Origin: Polyangiaceae bacterium | GTDB taxonomy: Bacteria > Myxococcota_A > Polyangia > Polyangiales > Polyangiaceae | DNA: 20,196 nt | Direction of reading: 5' to 3' | NCBI GenBank assembly: GCA_044222475.1 | Contig: JBGANF010000139.1 | Location: 1 to 20,196, forward strand | In this document: in pieces, positions 15,686 through 20,196 of the stretch | How positions within the stretch are numbered: the first letter of the stretch is position 1 | Layout: each line of letters begins with the position of its first letter | Translations under genes and position numbers: made by a program | The notes under the pieces: generated by a model | The model's input: the letters and a program-made list of their open reading frames with translations, nothing else | The model's database searches: none | What the model was told of the DNA's origin: nothing

Positions 15686-17178
15686 CAAAAGATATCCGGG
15701 CGGGACGTGGTCTTCGCGGTCGGTGGTGTGGTCGCGGTTGCGGTCGACGTCAAGGTGGGGAGCGGCCACGGGCCGGTCGCGCTCGCCTTCGCGGAGGGGG
15801 GCGGGCGAGCCGTCGCCGTCGTCGTGCCGCGGGCGGTGGCGGTCGCGGTCGACAAGGGATCGAGCGGCGTCGAGTCGTCGGGCGCCGTGGTCTTCGTCGT
15901 TGCCGTCGCCGTTGCCGTCGCGGCGAGCGCCGTCGTGGGCTCGGTGGTGCGCGAGGTGACGACGAGCGCAAGGACGACGACGAAGGCACCCGCGATGAGC
16001 GCGCCCCCGCCGGCGAGCCCGACCCACAGCCACGGGAACGCGCCGCCGCTCTTGCCCTGCGTCTGCCCCCAGCTGGACTGCGTGTTGACGCCGGGCGTCG
16101 GCGCGGGGGCCTGGCCGTACGGAACGAAGGGGGGCGGCGTCGCGAACCCGGCCGGAGGCACCGGTGCGACCGGGACCTGGCTGCGAAGCGGCGTGATCTG
16201 CGCTTGAGGCGGAGCGCCGGCGCTGAACGCAGTGGCCGCGTAGCTCGCCGGCGCAGCCGAGGCCCCACCGACGAGGCGCACGATCCGGTCGATCGATGCG
16301 TGGGCGTGCGGGGGCGCGAACGGCGCGAGCCCGACGGCGAAGTCGGCCACGCTCGCGTAGCGGTGCGACCGATCCTTCTGCAAGCAGCGGAGGATGACGT
16401 TCTCGAGCTCCGCGCCCACGTCGGGGCGGGTCATGCGGAGCGGCGCCGGCGGCTCTTGGAGGATGCGCGCGCAGAGCTCGGTCATCGATTGACCGAGGAA
16501 CGGCGCGTGGCGCGCGAGCAGCTCGTAGAGCACGACGCCCAGGGCCCACACGTCGGCGCGCGGATCGACCTCGCGGGTGGACACCATCTGCTCGGGCGCC
16601 ATGTAGAGGGGCGATCCCATGATCGACGACGTGCGCGTGAGCGACGCTTGGTTCATCGCCCCCACGCCGTCGTACTTGGAGATGCCGAAGTCGAGGACCT
16701 TCACGAGCGCGCGGCCGTCCGAGCTGCGCGTGAGGAAGAGGTTCGACGGTTTGATGTCGCGATGGACGATGCCGAGCGAGTGCGCTTCGGCGATCGCCTC
16801 CATGCCTTGGAGGATGTAATCCACCGCCTCGACGATCGGGAGCGGGCCACGCTCGGCGAGGACCGCCGAGAGGTCCTTCCCCTCGAGGTACTCCATCACC
16901 ATGTACGGCGAGCCGTCGGCGAGCGTGCCGACGTCGCTCACGCGAGCGACGTGCTCGTTCTTGATTTTGACGGCGGCGCGCGCCTCACGGGCGAAGCGCG
17001 CCACCGTGTCGGCGCTCTCGAGCGCCTCGGGGAGGAGAAACTTGATCGCGACTCGCTCGTCGAGCTGGACGTGAGTCGCGGCGACGACGACCCCCATGCC
17101 GCCGATGCCGAGCACGCGGTCGACGCGGTACTTCCCCGCCAGGATTTCACCCGGCGCGACCGGCGCTTGCGCGTTCAT
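15685..17178 (-). CDS. Membrane-anchored Hanks-type Ser/Thr protein kinase, 497 aa
   Basis: [63 protein letters not shown] and a Thr/Ala/Pro tail. ATG at 17178 overlaps the upstream TGA (ATGA). Confidence 0.96.
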   Translation of the reverse strand: MNAQAPVAPGEILAGKYRVDRVLGIGGMGVVVAATHVQLDERVAIKFLLPEALESADTVARFAREARAAVKIKNEHVARVSDVGTLADGSPYMVMEYLEGKDLSAVLAERGPLPIVEAVDYILQGMEAIAEAHSLGIVHRDIKPSNLFLTRSSDGRALVKVLDFGISKYDGVGAMNQASLTRTSSIMGSPLYMAPEQMVSTREVDPRADVWALGVVLYELLARHAPFLGQSMTELCARILQEPPAPLRMTRPDVGAELENVILRCLQKDRSHRYASVADFAVGLAPFAPPHAHASIDRIVRLVGGASAAPASYAATAFSAGAPPQAQITPLRSQVPVAPVPPAGFATPPPFVPYGQAPAPTPGVNTQSSWGQTQGKSGGAFPWLWVGLAGGGALIAGAFVVVLALVVTSRTTEPTTALAATATATATTKTTAPDDSTPLDPLSTATATARGTTTATARPPPSAKASATGPWPLPTLTSTATATTPPTAKTTSRPDIF

Positions 17179-19805
17179 TGGCTCATGTCCTGATTGATCT
17201 TGGTCGTCTCGCCGTCGAGGATGAAGACGGGGACGGTTTTCTCGGCTCGCGGCGAATTTACGCGGAGGGTGAGGACATGCTTCCCGACCGTGAGCTGCTT
17301 CTTGAAAAACGGTGTCTCTCCGAGGTCTTGGCCGTTGTCGAGGACTTGGTCGCACGCCGTCGGCCGGCACATCACGGTGAGGAAACCCTTCCCCGGGCTG
17401 GCGACGGCCGGCGTCGTGGGGGGCGGCGGCGGGGGCGAGGTCGGCCGCGTCGTGGGGTGGCTCGTGGGTCGAGCGGTGGCGGTCGGTCGCGCGGTCGGCT
17501 GCGCGGTCGGCTGCGACAAATCGAGGGTCGGGATCGTCGCGGTGGGCGGTGGCGGCGTCGTGGTCGTCGGCGGCGGCGGCACGACGACCGGCGCGGTCGC
17601 GCTAGGTCGTGCGGTCGCGCTCGCCGTCGTTCCCGCGGGCGGCTTGCCGGTCGCGGTCACGGTTGCGTGGGCGCTCGCCGCGGGGAGCGGCGCAGCCTCC
17701 GGCGGTGAGCGGAGCGCGAACATGAGCACGAGGAAGAGAAGGATTCCGCCGCCGACGCCGATGAAGGCGACCGTCGCGACCTGTTTGCGGCCGTCGCGCG
17801 GATCGACCCGCACCGACGCCGTCGCGTGGCCCGGCGGGAGCGGCGGCAGGTTCGTCGGCGACACCGACGGATACCCTTGCGGCATCATCGGCGGTTGGGT
17901 CGGCATCTGCTGCGCCGGGACGTCGTACGCGGTGAGCGTGCGCTCGTTCGGGTCGGCGCGTCGCGGTCCTCCGCCGAGCGGGAGCGTGTTCTGCGCGACC
18001 GGCATGCGACCGGTCGACGGGAGCGCGTTCTGCACGTCGTACCCTGTCAGCGTGCGGTCGTCCGGCGACGCGCGAGGGATGGTCGGAGGCGCTGGCGGAA
18101 CGGGCATCGCCGCGGTGAGCGTGCGCTCCTCACGCGGGCGCGGCGGCGGAGCGACGACCGACTCGTCGTTGGCCGACAGCGTCTGTTGGGTCCGCAAGTG
18201 CAACGCTGGCGCGGGCGGGGGGGTCGAGCGGGTTCTGACCATCGCCGCGGTGGTGTCGCCGCTTCCCGTCTCGCTCGGGAGAGGACCACGCGGCGCGACG
18301 AACACGGCCGAGCCTTCCGAGACTGGAGGCGCGGGCATCCCGCTCGGATCCGACGGCGTGACCGAGGGCTCGGCGAGGAAGCCGGAGCTCGTGCGCGGCG
18401 GCGTGTACGACGGTGCCTGCGGCGAGCGAACCTGCGACGAGAGCGGAAGCGTCTTGAGCGGGAGCATCACCGGCGCGGGGGCAGGGGCCGGCTCGGGAGT
18501 GAGATCGCTCGGTCGTACCAAAGTGGGAAGGCTCCCGCTGTCGGCGTAGGGATCGTGCGGGGTCGGCCTCACTTGAGTCGGCGACGAGTCCGGCGACGGC
18601 ACATAGGTGGCGACGGGGCGCTGCGGCGGCCTCGGGCCGCGCCCAGGGAGAACGGCGGCCGGTCGCTCCGCCGTCGTCTGATCGGCGTCGTCCATTTCGT
18701 CGCTGGTCGCCGTCGTCGGCATGACGGTCGTCTCGTCGCCGTCGCCGTCCTCTTCCGCTTCGCGGGGCGCGAGGTTGGGGAGCGCGGCGCGGAGCCCGTG
18801 TTGGGAGCGACGGAACACCTCGGTGACGTCGGCCGCTTCCTTGAGCTTGCTCTCCTGCTCGATGTAGCGGTCGGCGAAGACCGTGCGCAGGTACCGACCG
18901 ATGTCCTCCTGGCGCACGCGCTGCTGCTTCGCGAAGAGCAGGTCCTCGAGCGCTCGCCCCAGGTCGCGCGCGGTCGCGTAGCGCTGCGACGTCTTGCGTG
19001 CGAGCGCCTTGCTCACGATCGCGTCGAGCTCCTTGGGCACCGCGTCGACACGCTCGCGGATCGAAGGAACGAGTCCCGCCTCGATCATCGCCCGCGTCTC
19101 GTCGTCGGTCGATCGGGCGAAGAGGTGACGGCCGGAGGTGAGCTCCCACAAGATGACGCCGAGCGCGAACACGTCGGAGGCCACTCCGACCTCCTCGCTG
19201 AAGAGCTGCTCCGGCGCGGTGTACGGCACGCTCCGCGGGTCGGGCTGCGCGCGTCGCGGCTCGAACGCGCCCTTGATCTTGCAGAGGCCGTCGTACGTCA
19301 CGATGAAGACGTGGGGGGCGACGTTGCCGTGCACGCGGTGCAGCGCGACGCCGTCGGGGGACTTCAGCTGGTGGAGCGCGTGCAGACCTTCGGCGGCGTC
19401 GATCATGATCCGCGCCGCGATCTCCCAGCTCATCGGCGTGTCGGCGATCTCGATCCGATCGATGACCTCGCTCAGGCGCTCGCCGTGGAGGTACTCGCTC
19501 GCCGACCACGGGACGTTGCCGTCCTCGCCGACGTCGAAGATCGTCGCCACGTTGGCGTGGAGGAGCTTCGCCCCCTCGCGCGCGCGCTCGAAGAAGAGCT
19601 TGCGAAACGCGGGGTCACGGGCGGTCGTGTCGTCGAGCGTGCGGATCGCCGCCCACCGCTGGAACCCTTGGGGACCCTCGAGCCGGCCGAGGAAGATGGG
19701 ACCGATGGCGTTGCGCCCGATCTCGTCGAGGACGTGGTACCGCCCCAGTAGCCGCGGCGTCGTGACCGCCGTCGGGCTCGTGATGGGGACGGACCTCTGT
19801 ACCAC
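17175..19805 (-). CDS. Transmembrane pseudokinase with a long Pro-rich linker and C-terminal PEGA-like domain, 876 aa
   Basis: Kinase-fold motifs YTAPEQ and SDVFALGVILWEL are kept, but GRNAIG, AAIR, HGN and KGA replace GxGxxG, VAIK, HRD and DFG. TM VAFIGVGGGILLFLVLMFAL. PEGA-like GFLTV..LGETP..LTVGKHVLTL. Confidence 0.88.
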   Translation of the reverse strand: MVQRSVPITSPTAVTTPRLLGRYHVLDEIGRNAIGPIFLGRLEGPQGFQRWAAIRTLDDTTARDPAFRKLFFERAREGAKLLHANVATIFDVGEDGNVPWSASEYLHGERLSEVIDRIEIADTPMSWEIAARIMIDAAEGLHALHQLKSPDGVALHRVHGNVAPHVFIVTYDGLCKIKGAFEPRRAQPDPRSVPYTAPEQLFSEEVGVASDVFALGVILWELTSGRHLFARSTDDETRAMIEAGLVPSIRERVDAVPKELDAIVSKALARKTSQRYATARDLGRALEDLLFAKQQRVRQEDIGRYLRTVFADRYIEQESKLKEAADVTEVFRRSQHGLRAALPNLAPREAEEDGDGDETTVMPTTATSDEMDDADQTTAERPAAVLPGRGPRPPQRPVATYVPSPDSSPTQVRPTPHDPYADSGSLPTLVRPSDLTPEPAPAPAPVMLPLKTLPLSSQVRSPQAPSYTPPRTSSGFLAEPSVTPSDPSGMPAPPVSEGSAVFVAPRGPLPSETGSGDTTAAMVRTRSTPPPAPALHLRTQQTLSANDESVVAPPPRPREERTLTAAMPVPPAPPTIPRASPDDRTLTGYDVQNALPSTGRMPVAQNTLPLGGGPRRADPNERTLTAYDVPAQQMPTQPPMMPQGYPSVSPTNLPPLPPGHATASVRVDPRDGRKQVATVAFIGVGGGILLFLVLMFALRSPPEAAPLPAASAHATVTATGKPPAGTTASATARPSATAPVVVPPPPTTTTPPPPTATIPTLDLSQPTAQPTARPTATARPTSHPTTRPTSPPPPPPTTPAVASPGKGFLTVMCRPTACDQVLDNGQDLGETPFFKKQLTVGKHVLTLRVNSPRAEKTVPVFILDGETTKINQDMSQ

Positions 19806-19811
19806 ACGCGA

Positions 19812-19832
19812 AGCCTAGCAAAAGTCAGGCCG
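19812..19832 (-). promoter_or_regulatory. Putative promoter of the pseudokinase operon (overlapping sigma54-like and extended -10 motifs)
   Basis: CGGCCT-GACTT-TTGCT (GG-N10-GC) overlaps TGc-TAGGCT. Both readings place +1 at about 19805-19806, i.e. at the GTG. Confidence 0.5.
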
Positions 19833-19846
19833 ATCCGTGTAGGAAG

Positions 19847-19931
19847 CACCCTAGTAAGGGGGATTGCATCCCCCTCGGCGCTACGCGCCTCACCCCTAGC
19901 GGGCTCGGGACCGCGTTCGCGGCCCCGACCC
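19847..19931. repeat. 85-bp multi-hairpin (REP/MITE-like) element, copy 1
   Basis: Repeated at 20078-20189. Stems gggggat/atccccc, ggcgc/gcgcc, and tcggg-a-ccgc/gcgg-c-cccga. Confidence 0.9.
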
Positions 19932-20077
19932 GGAGAGCCCCACGGAGTGGGGCCCCCCACTGACGTGGCTCCCACGGGGCGGGTCGTGGGGACTGCTAGG
20001 GTCGCGACGTACCAGGTTGGGACGAGACTTCGGGGGTGCTTCGCATCTGGAGTGAGTTGCGAGACGCTGGCGTAGTT

Positions 20078-20189
20078 CACCCTAGTAAGGGGGATTGCAC
20101 CCCTTCGGGTATCACGAAGCGCGCCATCCCCCTCGGCGCTACGCGCCTCACCCCTAGCGGGCTCGGGACCGCGTTCGCGGCCCCGACCC
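20078..20189. repeat. Multi-hairpin element, copy 2, with a 27-nt insertion
   Basis: Identical to 19847-19931 except for the insertion ccccttcgggtatcacgaagcgcgcca at 20100-20126. Confidence 0.9.
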
Positions 20190-20196
20190 AAGACGC

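Noticed and set aside
19824..19850. Resemblance to the SRP RNA helix-8 motif (CAGG...GGAAGCA)
   Set aside because: The spacing and GNRA tetraloop do not fit, there is no long enclosing helix, and the segment reads better as a minus-strand promoter.
19847..20189. CRISPR array or IS element interpretation of the duplicated element
   Set aside because: The 85-bp repeat and 146-nt spacer are far too long for CRISPR, and no transposase or terminal inverted repeats are visible.
19472..20191. 239-aa minus-strand ORF running through the terminal repeats
   Set aside because: It merely translates the repeat twice and overlaps the pseudokinase out of frame, with no protein-like features.

Overview
Very GC-rich bacterial window whose gene content (several Hanks-type Ser/Thr kinases, TPR/PEGA proteins, Cys-rich lipoproteins) points to Myxococcota, probably Polyangiaceae-like (inference). 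It holds 18 supported CDSs, nearly all on the minus strand. Left part: an alpha/beta hydrolase, epmA, a FadR-like TetR regulator with a palindromic operator, an isolated SctS/FliQ export subunit, small lipo/membrane proteins and an SDR. Middle and right: two paralogous, overlap-coupled 'membrane kinase - TPR/PEGA protein - Cys-rich lipoprotein' modules, bolA-grxD, a lipoprotein pyroglutamyl-peptidase-like enzyme, a kinase-STAND ATPase-TPR protein and a large transmembrane pseudokinase. Two non-genic signals stand out. First, three 47-bp hairpin-rich tandem repeats between tetR and epmA form an unbroken ATGA-overlap chain of 16-aa micro-ORFs from the tetR stop to the epmA start. Second, a duplicated 85-bp multi-hairpin element lies at the right end. 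No rRNA, tRNA, CRISPR array or transposase was found.
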